Shown here: positions 9,605 to 18,599 of the stretch, in pieces
Position numbering within the stretch: the first letter of the stretch is position 1
How the letters are laid out: each line of letters begins with the position of its first letter
Origin: Nostoc sp. DedSLP01
Lineage (GTDB): Bacteria > Cyanobacteriota > Cyanobacteriia > Cyanobacteriales > Nostocaceae
Direction: 5' to 3'
Assembly (NCBI GenBank): GCA_034530875.2
Contig: JAVRCJ020000065.1
Coordinates: forward strand, 1-26,436
Length of the DNA stretch: 26,436 nucleotides
Notes under the pieces: model-generated
Told to the model about the DNA's origin: nothing
Seen by the model: the letters and a program-made list of their open reading frames with translations, nothing else
Database searches by the model: none
Position numbers and translations under genes: made by a program

Positions 9605-10981
9605 ATGTTTTTGTTCAAACAACGCAAATTCTTTTTGACTACCATATTTGCTGCCACAATTCTTAGTTTCACTACAGCAAGCAGCAGCAATGCGGATTAT
9701 TCTAAATTTCCTAAATTCCACAGATTTCCTAACCAGCCTTATAGTCACGGTCGGGCTAAGAATATTATCTTGTTCATTGGCGATGGAATGGGTGATTCAG
9801 AAATTACTATTGCCCGTAACTACTCAGTTGGTGCAGCTGGTCGTCTTTTCATCGATACACTACCATTTACAGGCGAGTACACAACCTACTCTATCCAAGA
9901 ACAGAATCCCAAGTTGCCTGACTATGTGACCGATTCAGCCGCTTCAGGGACAGGTTGGGCCACAGGAAATAAAACATCAAATGGTCGAATTTCTACTACT
10001 GCTGGTACAGATAAAGATTTGAAGACAATACTCGAACTAGCAAAAGAAAGAGGCTATAAAACTGGTGATGTTAGTACTGCCGAATTAACTGATGCTACGC
10101 CAGCAGTATTATTCTCCCATGTGAGCGATCGCGGCTGCCAAGGGCCGCAAGATATGGCCAAATGCCCGCAAGACAAAAAATCAGCAGGCGGCCCCGGTTC
10201 AATTGCCGAACAATCTATCGACCATGATGTTGATGTGCTCCTGGGTGGTGGCAAACAACGATACGATCAAATAATTGATGGCGGTAACTTCGTAGGTAAG
10301 ACTGTCATTGATGCAGCAAAAGCACGAGGTTATCAGGTTGTAACTAATGCTGCTCAGTTGCAGACGGCACAACCAAAAAGCAAGTTACTTGGTCTATTTA
10401 GCCCTGGCAATATGAGTCTCGAATGGGCTGGACAAGCAGCGATAATTTATCCTGGTAGCGGCCCGCAGCGGTGTATAGAAAACCAGCGGCCAACAAACGA
10501 ACCTAGTTTGGCTGATATGACCAGCAAAGCAATTACTTTACTCGAACAAAAAGCAGGCAGAGGTGGATTCTTCTTGCAAGTTGAAGGAGCTTCCATTGAC
10601 AAACGCGATCACGCTGGTAATCCTTGCGAACAAATCGGAGAAACAGTAGCACTCGATCGAGCAGTTAAGGTAGCCCTTGAGTATGCCAAGAAGCATCCAG
10701 ACACGCTGATAGTTGTTACCGCCGATCACGGCCACACCAGTCAAATCATTCCTCCCCCAACTGCTAGCGACCACAGTCCAGGTAAGTTTAGCACCCTGAT
10801 TACTGCCGATGGAGCAGAAATGACAGTAAATTATGCAACAAATCTTCCTGCTCAATCTCAGGAACATACTGGTACTCAAGTACGCATTGCTGCACAGGGG
10901 CCACAAGGGGAAAACGTTGTTGGCGTACTCGACCAAACAAATCTATTTCACATTCTTGCTCGGGCGATCGGTGCAGAATAA
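9605..10981 (+). CDS. phoA: Alkaline phosphatase (E. coli PhoA type), secreted
   Basis: Motifs IILFIGDGMG, the catalytic DSAAS, DATPA, FFLQVEGASIDKRDH, VTADHGH and QEHTG, plus an N-terminal signal peptide. Confidence 0.95.
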   Translation: MFLFKQRKFFLTTIFAATILSFTTASSSNADYSKFPKFHRFPNQPYSHGRAKNIILFIGDGMGDSEITIARNYSVGAAGRLFIDTLPFTGEYTTYSIQEQNPKLPDYVTDSAASGTGWATGNKTSNGRISTTAGTDKDLKTILELAKERGYKTGDVSTAELTDATPAVLFSHVSDRGCQGPQDMAKCPQDKKSAGGPGSIAEQSIDHDVDVLLGGGKQRYDQIIDGGNFVGKTVIDAAKARGYQVVTNAAQLQTAQPKSKLLGLFSPGNMSLEWAGQAAIIYPGSGPQRCIENQRPTNEPSLADMTSKAITLLEQKAGRGGFFLQVEGASIDKRDHAGNPCEQIGETVALDRAVKVALEYAKKHPDTLIVVTADHGHTSQIIPPPTASDHSPGKFSTLITADGAEMTVNYATNLPAQSQEHTGTQVRIAAQGPQGENVVGVLDQTNLFHILARAIGAE

Positions 10982-11046
10982 TTTCCACAGGACACAATCG
11001 TAGTAAAGTGTTCTGTATTTAACTTGCACATCTTTTCCGATTCGCT

Positions 11047-11087
11047 GTTGACTGTTGACGATTGACATTTAACCGCCAGCAGTCAAC
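11047..11087. terminator. Hairpin between the convergent phoA and leuS genes
   Basis: GTTGACTGTTGACGATT pairs with AACCGCCAGCAGTCAAC; pairing is better on the minus (leuS) strand using G-U pairs. Confidence 0.55.
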
Positions 11088-11117
11088 TAACCCAGACTCG
11101 CACTTCAAAAGATTCCT

Positions 11118-13766
11118 TTAGCCAACTACAAAATTGACCAACTTCCCAGGCACCACAATTACCTTTTTAATTTCTTTGCCTTCAATGTAACGCTGGGCAA
11201 CTTCAGATTCACGGGCGTATTTCTCCAACGCGGCTTTATCTGCTTGTGCTGGTACTTGAATCGCCCCACGAGTTTTACCCATAATTTGAATTACTAGCGT
11301 AATTTCATCAGCTACCAAAGCAGCCGGGTCAAATGATGGCCAGCTTTGCGTGTGAACTGAATCGCTTTCACCCAACAACTGCCATAATTCATCAGCAATG
11401 TGCGGCGCAAAAGGTGCTAGCATAACCACCAAAGTCCGAATCCCTTCTGCATAAATTGGTGAATCTTTGCAGCTGGCATCAGTGAGAGCATTACTCAACT
11501 TCATCAATTCTGAAACAGCCGTGTTGAATTGATATTCATCTTCTACATCTTCCGTCACCGCTTGAATAGCAGTATGAATTGCCCGCCGCAATTCCTTTTC
11601 AGCCTTACTCAAATCAGAAACTTCGGCTTTTTTATTAGATACCCCAGCAGCAACATAATCTGTCACCAAACGCCAAACTCGATTTAAAAAGCGGAATTGT
11701 CCTTCTACATCGGCTTCATCCCATTCCAAATCTTTTTCTGGCGGCGCTTTGAACAAAATGAACATCCGCGCTGTGTCTACACCGTACTTGGAAATTACAT
11801 CTTCTGGCGCTACACCGTTACCCTTGGATTTAGACATGGTAGCGAAGAGACGTTGCAACGGTTCGCCTGTTTGGGGGTCGCGGGGGTCAGCAGGATTCAC
11901 CAAATCAGAAGGAATCCATTTATCTTTGCCGCCCTTTTTCGGATTCAAGTAAGTTAAACCCTGCACCATACCTTGAGTTAACAGCCGTTGGAAGGGTTCG
12001 TCAAAATTCAGCAAACCTCTGTCCCGCAGTACCTTGGTAAAGAACCGCGAATACAACAAATGTAAAATTGCGTGTTCAATTCCACCCACATACTGATCGA
12101 CTGGCATCCAGTCATTGATTTTACTGGAATCAAAAACCTGTTGTTCATTCTTAGCATCAGGGAAACGCAAGAAATACCACGAGGAATCAATAAAAGTATC
12201 CATCGTGTCAGTTTCCCGCTTCGCCGGAGTGCCACAAGTCGGACAAGGCACATTTACCCAGCTTGCCAATTGCGCCAAAGGTGAACCACCACGTCCAGTA
12301 AATTCCACTTCTTCGGGTAACTGTACTGGCAAATCTTTATCGGGCACTGGTACTATCCCGCAATTAGGACAGTGAATTACAGGTATCGGTGCGCCCCAGT
12401 ACCGCTGCCGGGAAATCAACCAATCTCGCAATCTGTATTGCACCCGCATTTTACCAAAACCTTGTTGTTCGGCATACTCCACGATCGCCTGTTTCGCATC
12501 TGTGGAATTCATGCCAGTAAAAGCACCGGAATTAATTAAAATCCCTGGTTCGGTATATGCTTGGTTGTATTCAATTTGCACCAGTTGCGTGACTTCATCC
12601 GTTTCTGATGTTGGAGTTAAGTCAAAACCTGCAACATCTTCTGGGGAAGCAATGACAAAATCAATCGGCAAATCATAAGTCCGGGCAAACTTAAAATCTC
12701 GGACATCGTGCGCTGGTACGCCCATGACTGCCCCAGTACCATACTCATACAGTACATAGTCAGCAATCCAAATCGGCACTTCTTCCCCTGTAAAGGGGTT
12801 AATTGCCTTACCACCTGTAGGTACGCCCCGCTTGGGTTTATCTTCAGCAGTACGTTCCAACTCGCTTTGATTAGAAATCTCTTTTATAAAAGCTTCTACT
12901 GTTGCTTGTTGTTCTTTAGTGGTGACACGCTTTGTTAAAGGATGTTCTGGTGCTAACACCACGTAACTCACGCCAAAAACGGTATCTGGGCGTGTAGTGT
13001 AAACAGCAATTTTTTCATCTAAGCCAACAATCGGAAATTCTAAGTAAGCACCTGTGGATTTACCAATCCAGTTAGCCTGCATTAATTTCACACGTTCCGG
13101 CCAACCCGTCAACTTATCCAAGTCATTGAGTAATTGTTCGGCATAGTCAGTAATTTTAAAAAACCACTGCCGCAACAATTTGCGCTCAACTATTGCCCCA
13201 CTGCGCCAAGACCGTCCTTCGTTATCGACTTGTTCGTTTGCCAATACGGTTTGGTCAATGGGGTCCCAGTTTACAGCCGCTTCTTTTTGATAAGCTAAAC
13301 CCGCTTGCCAAAACTGCAAGAAAATCCATTGCGTCCACTTGTAATAATCAGGCGAACAGGTAGCCAGTTCGCATTCCCAATCAATAGATAAACCTAGACG
13401 CTGCAATTGTTGCCGCATCTGGGTAATATTTTGATAAGTCCACTTTGCTGGCGGTACGCCACGGTCAATGGCTGCGTTTTCTGCTGGCAAGCCAAAGGCA
13501 TCCCAACCCATTGGGTGTATTACCCGATACCCTTGCATTCGCTTGAGGCGGGCAATCACGTCAGTAATGGTGTAATTACGGACGTGACCCATGTGTAAGC
13601 TGCCCGATGGATAGGGAAACATCGACAAAGCGTAGAATTTTGGCTTGTTGCTAGCTGTAGGTGTTCGGTCTAAGCCAAGTTCTGCCCATGTTTTTTGCCA
13701 TTTCTCCTCAATTGCTGCGGGGTTGTATCGGGAATCAACTGAATTAGGTATTTCCAATGGTTTCAT
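11118..13766 (-). CDS. leuS: Leucine--tRNA ligase
   Basis: HIGH-type motif ([11 protein letters not shown]), [13 protein letters not shown]1 editing motifs TTRPDT and [23 protein letters not shown], and KMSKS-type TMSKS. Confidence 0.99.
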   Translation of the reverse strand: MKPLEIPNSVDSRYNPAAIEEKWQKTWAELGLDRTPTASNKPKFYALSMFPYPSGSLHMGHVRNYTITDVIARLKRMQGYRVIHPMGWDAFGLPAENAAIDRGVPPAKWTYQNITQMRQQLQRLGLSIDWECELATCSPDYYKWTQWIFLQFWQAGLAYQKEAAVNWDPIDQTVLANEQVDNEGRSWRSGAIVERKLLRQWFFKITDYAEQLLNDLDKLTGWPERVKLMQANWIGKSTGAYLEFPIVGLDEKIAVYTTRPDTVFGVSYVVLAPEHPLTKRVTTKEQQATVEAFIKEISNQSELERTAEDKPKRGVPTGGKAINPFTGEEVPIWIADYVLYEYGTGAVMGVPAHDVRDFKFARTYDLPIDFVIASPEDVAGFDLTPTSETDEVTQLVQIEYNQAYTEPGILINSGAFTGMNSTDAKQAIVEYAEQQGFGKMRVQYRLRDWLISRQRYWGAPIPVIHCPNCGIVPVPDKDLPVQLPEEVEFTGRGGSPLAQLASWVNVPCPTCGTPAKRETDTMDTFIDSSWYFLRFPDAKNEQQVFDSSKINDWMPVDQYVGGIEHAILHLLYSRFFTKVLRDRGLLNFDEPFQRLLTQGMVQGLTYLNPKKGGKDKWIPSDLVNPADPRDPQTGEPLQRLFATMSKSKGNGVAPEDVISKYGVDTARMFILFKAPPEKDLEWDEADVEGQFRFLNRVWRLVTDYVAAGVSNKKAEVSDLSKAEKELRRAIHTAIQAVTEDVEDEYQFNTAVSELMKLSNALTDASCKDSPIYAEGIRTLVVMLAPFAPHIADELWQLLGESDSVHTQSWPSFDPAALVADEITLVIQIMGKTRGAIQVPAQADKAALEKYARESEVAQRYIEGKEIKKVIVVPGKLVNFVVG

Positions 13767-13980
13767 GCCTGTTACACTTTATTTCTACTAATCCTAAGTA
13801 TTTCGCTACTTTTAGAACATTTGAACTATTTAATAATTTCTATGTCTAGTAATTTTTAAAATTAAATTATAAAATAAATTTATAAATCTCCTGTATTCCC
13901 TATTCCTATCTATCTTATATCGCTAAAGTTCTTAGGCTATCAGGCACAGTCTTTATTTGCCTATCGGAAAGAAAGTTTTA

Positions 13981-14005
13981 TAAAAACTCCCCATTGCTGG
14001 GGAGT
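13981..14005 (-). terminator. Intrinsic terminator of the 14031..14408 gene
   Basis: ACTCCCCA-TTGC-TGGGGAGT forms an 8-bp stem, followed by a U-run on the minus strand. Confidence 0.75.
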
Positions 14006-14030
14006 GCGTTAAAAATGCTGTAAGTGTGGA

Positions 14031-14408
14031 CTACTGATTCACCAGTGCTATCACCTGTTCAAGCCTCATCTTAGCCAAATGTAAGTTCAGCAACCTTTCT
14101 TGCTCAAATCTATCTGGGTAACTCATTCGCCTACCTTCGAGTGTGATTCTAATCAGTGCTATTTGCTCGTTAGTAGGTGTACCCATTTCATCTATCGCTG
14201 AACCAAAAATCTGGATAGAAGCAAGAGAAGGTGACTTTAACCCTCTCCCTACTTCCAGCTGTTGAATCGCTAAAATCGGGAATGCCATTAAAGAAGTGAT
14301 ATAGCTTGCTTTGTAAGCTGCACTCCCTGTAGGGTGAATACCGTATCTACGGCATAAATCCTGTAATTCAGGAACAGTCTTTATTTCGAGTTCTGAACGT
14401 GTAAACAT
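14031..14408 (-). CDS. Hypothetical protein with an N-terminal SAP/Rho-N-like helix-extension-helix motif
   Basis: ORF 14031..14426; likely ATG at 14408 (MFTRSELEIKTVPELQDLCRRYGI...G...KASYI..L). It has its own terminator. Confidence 0.7.
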   Translation of the reverse strand: MFTRSELEIKTVPELQDLCRRYGIHPTGSAAYKASYITSLMAFPILAIQQLEVGRGLKSPSLASIQIFGSAIDEMGTPTNEQIALIRITLEGRRMSYPDRFEQERLLNLHLAKMRLEQVIALVNQ

Positions 14409-14433
14409 AGAATTACCATTTCTCAAAAGTGGT

Positions 14434-14473
14434 ATCGGTGGTGAACCATTTGTCAGGTGATAACACCACCGAT
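14434..14473 (-). promoter_or_regulatory. Perfect 10-bp inverted repeat in the leader of the 14408 gene
   Basis: ATCGGTGGTG (14434..14443), a 20-nt loop, then CACCACCGAT (14464..14473). Confidence 0.6.
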
Positions 14474-14530
14474 TTAAAACTCTAATTGCTCGTTTGCACG
14501 CAGTTCAAGCTATATTTACATGTCTCAACA

Positions 14531-14719
14531 ATGCCTAATCCTAAGGGTAGTCCAGAAAATTTAAAAAATTTCACCACAGACAGAGAGGAACCATTAACGA
14601 CTACTATTAGTTTCCGTGCTACTGAAAAGATGAAGCAAGAGGTAAAAGCACAAGATGACCCTGCTGAATTTTGTAGAGAAGCGATTCAGAAAGCACTGGA
14701 TGAGAAAAAAGGAAAGTAG
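14531..14719 (+). CDS. Small putative ribbon-helix-helix (CopG/Arc-like) DNA-binding protein, 62 aa
   Basis: ATG at 14531. TTISFRATEKMKQEV (strand plus helix A) and PAEFCREAIQKAL (helix B) fit the RHH pattern. Confidence 0.7.
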   Translation: MPNPKGSPENLKNFTTDREEPLTTTISFRATEKMKQEVKAQDDPAEFCREAIQKALDEKKGK

Positions 14720-14747
14720 CACTTACACTTAATTGTTTAAATATTAA

Positions 14748-15416
14748 TTACTTAATTACCCGGAAAGTTAGATTGATTCTTGGTTGAACCTGCTTCGATG
14801 TTTTGGGGATTTGATGCTGCCAAAAATGCTGTGTTACACCCGCCATGAGAAGGAAGCTACCATGTACTAGCTCAATTTCTGCTTTCAAATCCTGATTGTG
14901 TTTATGTCTAAACATAAACCTTCTTGCTCCGCCAAAGCTAACAGAACCGATTATAGGATTTTTACCTAGCTCTGGTTCATCATCTGTGTGCCAGGAGATT
15001 CCATCATTACCATCTCGGTAAAGATTCAGTAAAACGCTGTTAAAGTTAACTTTTGCAATTTCGTCAACTTTCTCTTTTATTTGTAGTAGCGTAGGTATCC
15101 AAGGTTGTGGATCGAGATGAATACCTGAGAATTTATATGACATATTTTTATCTCCATACCAAGCAGTTTTTCTTGGTAAATTTACCTCTTTACCATAAAT
15201 CTTCATTTTGTCTTGTCGCCATTTTATTTGGTTAAGCAAGGTTTGAAAAATATCATCACTATCTTGCTGCTTAAAAAAATTGCGATAGAAAGTAACCTCT
15301 GCATCTTGCATAGATAAGATTTCTTTATCTATATTCTCTGTTGAGTTATCTATAAGAGAGCCAAATCCTGAAAATAAGTCTCCCTGAATTACATTTATAT
15401 TTAGCTTATTTTTCAT
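14748..15416 (-). CDS. AlkB-family 2OG-Fe(II) dioxygenase (ALKBH2/3-like)
   Basis: Motifs LPRKTAWYGD, FNSVLLNLYRDG.D, HxD (WHTDDE), the distal His (WQHQIPK) and RINLTFR. Confidence 0.93.
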   Translation of the reverse strand: MKNKLNINVIQGDLFSGFGSLIDNSTENIDKEILSMQDAEVTFYRNFFKQQDSDDIFQTLLNQIKWRQDKMKIYGKEVNLPRKTAWYGDKNMSYKFSGIHLDPQPWIPTLLQIKEKVDEIAKVNFNSVLLNLYRDGNDGISWHTDDEPELGKNPIIGSVSFGGARRFMFRHKHNQDLKAEIELVHGSFLLMAGVTQHFWQHQIPKTSKQVQPRINLTFRVIK

Positions 15417-15426
15417 AAAGTTTTCC

Positions 15427-16218
15427 TCAAAGTTTTATAGTGAACTGCCTTTCATATCTCTGGATTTTGCTAGTTTTAAATTTTCCTGACTTATTGTAAA
15501 AAATTTTTTCGTAAATCGCTTCATGTGAATAAAACGAATTTTTCAGGATAGCATACCCATTGAATAGATCGTAGAAACTATCTATTCTGTAATTTCTTGC
15601 ATTATTATACGGACTTGTACAAATAATACGATTAAATCCTGAGAATGATTGAATTATTAGCTGATATAGCTTAGATAAATCAAAATCTTCAACATCTAGT
15701 ATGTTTGAGAATAAATGAATCTTAATGTTGCTAGGAATTGAAACAAAATCACTATAATTTAATTTATCTATACACTTGTTGACTGTTGTTATTAGAGAGT
15801 TATTAGAGAAACCAGGCTGTAATATTTGGCGAACAAAGCTGTAGCCGCGCCATAGCGCAATTGAAGATGGTTCTATGAGTGTAATTGATTCTATTTTAGG
15901 GGTGATACATTTTTCTATGAGATAGTCCATTAAAACGCAGGTTGCAAGTGCCTGTCCACATCCCCAATCGATAATCTCTATACTTTTACCTTCCGTGTAC
16001 TGAAAGTTAGTTGAAGGAAATGCTGCATAGAGCTTGTGAAAGTGGTGTCCGCCATAGAGAGCAATATACTTGTCACATTCCTCTTCTGTATTGAGTACTT
16101 TCCTACCATGATTTATATCGACATCACAAAGGAGTGGAAGTTTTTCTATTTTTGGTTTATAAATATCATCAAAAAATCTAAACTGTATCTGTGCTTTCTT
16201 TGGGCTAGAAACTATCAT
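15427..16218 (-). CDS. Class I SAM-dependent methyltransferase-like protein of unknown substrate
   Basis: Motif I IIDWGCGQA, motif II ITLIEPS and a motif IV-like HLFSNILD. The gene is AT-rich. Confidence 0.75.
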   Translation of the reverse strand: MIVSSPKKAQIQFRFFDDIYKPKIEKLPLLCDVDINHGRKVLNTEEECDKYIALYGGHHFHKLYAAFPSTNFQYTEGKSIEIIDWGCGQALATCVLMDYLIEKCITPKIESITLIEPSSIALWRGYSFVRQILQPGFSNNSLITTVNKCIDKLNYSDFVSIPSNIKIHLFSNILDVEDFDLSKLYQLIIQSFSGFNRIICTSPYNNARNYRIDSFYDLFNGYAILKNSFYSHEAIYEKIFYNKSGKFKTSKIQRYERQFTIKL

Positions 16219-16473
16219 GAGAAGCCTTAAGAGTGGATCTAACTACTCTCTTAAGTTGCCCAAATAAATGATGCCGCTTAGCTACTTATTATACTTAAGT
16301 TTTCTATGTATTATGTGAGGATGGGATTATTGGTGAAACTTTCCATATTCCCCTCTACATTCTTTTTGTGTCTCTCTAATTAAGATTGAGTCATTTTTTC
16401 GCTATGCTCACAGTACGCGTTTACAATACTCACCTCTGTGGTAAACAAAGAAATCAGATGCTTAAAATAGGCA

Positions 16474-16914
16474 ATGTTTGAATCAAATATAAAATTTTCC
16501 GATTTGGTGCGGGTTTTTGTTTACGGCACCCTCAAACCAGGTGAAGCAAACTATGAAAGATTTTGTGCTGGCAAAGTCGTAGATGCCAAAAAAGCTTTTG
16601 TCAAAGGTAAATTGTTTGCTTTGCCGATGGGCTACCCAGCAATGACTCTAGGAGATAGCGAAGTCTACGGATATTTACTGTCTTTTGCCAACCCAGGGAT
16701 TCTAAATCGCCTAGATATGCTAGAAGATTACCATCCCGCTAGAGAAATGCCAGAAAACCTTTATAACCGAGAAACTATTGAGGTTTATCAGGGAGAGTGG
16801 CTTTCTCTGGGTTGGGCTTGGGTGTACTTAATGAGTGTAGAACGAGTTGACAAATTCCGAGGTGTCCACCAAGCAGATGGTTGGTGGAGTGGCTCCGGTA
16901 TACCTAAAAGCTAA
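16474..16914 (+). CDS. Gamma-glutamylcyclotransferase (AIG2-like) family protein
   Basis: Motifs VFVYGTLKPGE, GYPAM, LDMLE, LYNR and AWVY. Confidence 0.9.
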   Translation: MFESNIKFSDLVRVFVYGTLKPGEANYERFCAGKVVDAKKAFVKGKLFALPMGYPAMTLGDSEVYGYLLSFANPGILNRLDMLEDYHPAREMPENLYNRETIEVYQGEWLSLGWAWVYLMSVERVDKFRGVHQADGWWSGSGIPKS

Positions 16915-17166
16915 AGTTCTTATCTTTAATAACGCAAAAATACTTTCACCAGGGGCGCAAGCAAATCCCCATAAATAAATATTTTGGATTAACTGTTGAC
17001 GGCTTTTTTCTCGCCAAGCAGCGTGTCTCCAAAAAAATCTTTTTATTTTTTCTTAAATAAATTTAGCCGCTTGTATCCCTTTTGGCAGAAGACAGAATTC
17101 TTTTTAAATTTTCTGGCATCTGCCTCCTGCACTGGAGCCTTTTTTCGGCAACTGTTAACTTTGGGA

Positions 17167-17754
17167 TTAATTTATGTCGTCTCTGGAATCGCGGCGTTGT
17201 GGCTGTACCCGGTAAATTGAATCCGGAGAGGCTACTGCTGCTTTCGGAATTTCAATTACTGGGTTGTTTAGTCCCACCATTAGCGAAGAGGGAGGTACTG
17301 GTTGTATTTCTGGTCGTTGTGCCAGTTGTGGCGTTCTCGAAGCACCAGGTATTAAGCCGGATACTGCGCCAATTACACAAGCCGCAGCCGCAGCGCTTCC
17401 AACCATCCAGTTGAAGCGAGAACGGCGGCGCACGCGTGTTAGTACCTGCTCGACTGTCGCCTCTGGTGACTGTTGGCCTGTGGGCACTGGGAGAGTCCGC
17501 AAGCCTTGTCTAAGCTTTAATAATCGAGCATACAAGCATTGAACTGAGGCATCATTTGCCAGCCATTCTTCTACTTGCCTGCGTTCGGCTGCTGTGACTT
17601 CACCATCAAGATAAGCACTCAATAACTCGAAGCGATCGCGCTTCACCATATCCATAAAACCCGTTGATTCATTGGTATACTCACCTATTCCTTCTGAAAA
17701 ATCTTCAGGAAATTGTGAGTGGGAACGATCGTTAAACTGAGAATCAGTAGTCAT
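17167..17754 (-). CDS. sapG: Transmembrane anti-sigma factor paired with SigG
   Basis: Anti-sigma N-domain RDRFELLSAYLDGEVTAAERRQVEEWL and one transmembrane segment. Directly downstream of the ECF sigma gene. Confidence 0.85.
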   Translation of the reverse strand: MTTDSQFNDRSHSQFPEDFSEGIGEYTNESTGFMDMVKRDRFELLSAYLDGEVTAAERRQVEEWLANDASVQCLYARLLKLRQGLRTLPVPTGQQSPEATVEQVLTRVRRRSRFNWMVGSAAAAACVIGAVSGLIPGASRTPQLAQRPEIQPVPPSSLMVGLNNPVIEIPKAAVASPDSIYRVQPQRRDSRDDIN

Positions 17755-17910
17755 CTTAACATTATTACCAATTCAAGCACGGGTAAAGTCAACCGAAAAT
17801 TCAGAAAAATCACTCAACTTTCCTTCTCACAGCAGAAGTTATCTCTATCTTCTGGCTATTATTAATCAATTATTAAATTCTGCCATTGGGCAGAGGTAAA
17901 TTACTGTAAA

Positions 17911-18567
17911 TTAGGAATCTAGATAGTTTTGCAATTGAGCTTGCAGTCTGGATCTGGCTCTGGCGATTCTTGATTTGACAGTTCCTAAGGAAACTCCAGT
18001 AATTTCCGCAATTTCTTCGTATGCCATGCCTTCAATTTCTCTCAGGACAATAGTAGTACGAAAAACTTCTGGTAAATCCGCGATCGCTTCTCTTAATTGC
18101 TCGTAAAATTCTCTAGTTGTTAATTCTTCTTCTGGCCCTGGTGTATCGCCAGCAATTTCCCAATCCATTTCGCCATCCTCTACCGACCGGGGAGCATCAA
18201 GTGATAAAGGACTTACAATCCGCTTGCGTTTGCGTAACTCATCGTAAAATAAGTTGGTAGCAATGCGGCTTAACCAGCCCCGAAATTTAGCAGGCTCTTG
18301 TAATCGGTTAATGTTCCGATAAACTCGAATCCAAACTTCTTGAGCCAAATCAGCTCTGTCAGGCCAATCTGGAGCTAGGTGGTACAAAACTCTATCAACT
18401 TGGGATTGATAGCGGCGCAACAGTTCTGCAAACGCAGCACGATCCGGGCGCAGTCCGGCTTGACAACGCAAAATTAAATCGTGGTTAGGAAGTTTGTCAA
18501 CTTGCACTGATGCTTCTGGATACTGTGCATCAACCGTTGACCAGGATACAGTAATCGACTGACTCAT
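17911..18567 (-). CDS. sigG: ECF RNA polymerase sigma factor SigG
   Basis: Region 2 DLAQEVWIRVYR / FRGWLSRIATN and region 4 YEEIAEITGVSLGTVKSRIARAR. The N-terminus MSQSITVSWS is typical of cyanobacterial SigG. Confidence 0.92.
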   Translation of the reverse strand: MSQSITVSWSTVDAQYPEASVQVDKLPNHDLILRCQAGLRPDRAAFAELLRRYQSQVDRVLYHLAPDWPDRADLAQEVWIRVYRNINRLQEPAKFRGWLSRIATNLFYDELRKRKRIVSPLSLDAPRSVEDGEMDWEIAGDTPGPEEELTTREFYEQLREAIADLPEVFRTTIVLREIEGMAYEEIAEITGVSLGTVKSRIARARSRLQAQLQNYLDS

Positions 18568-18599
18568 AGATCGTACTGGGTCTAAATCATCCCTTTCTA

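Noticed and set aside
15427..16218. The methyltransferase as a restriction-modification enzyme
   Set aside because: It has no (D/N)PPY or PCQ catalytic motif, and there is no neighbouring endonuclease or specificity subunit.
13837..16309. TTTCTATGT at 13837 and 16301 as island-flanking direct repeats
   Set aside because: A 9-bp AT-rich match is plausible by chance, and I found no duplicated leuS 5' fragment at the distal end.
10133..17631. HIP1-free gap as evidence of foreign origin
   Set aside because: The gap also spans the native leuS and GGCT genes, so it does not single out the island.
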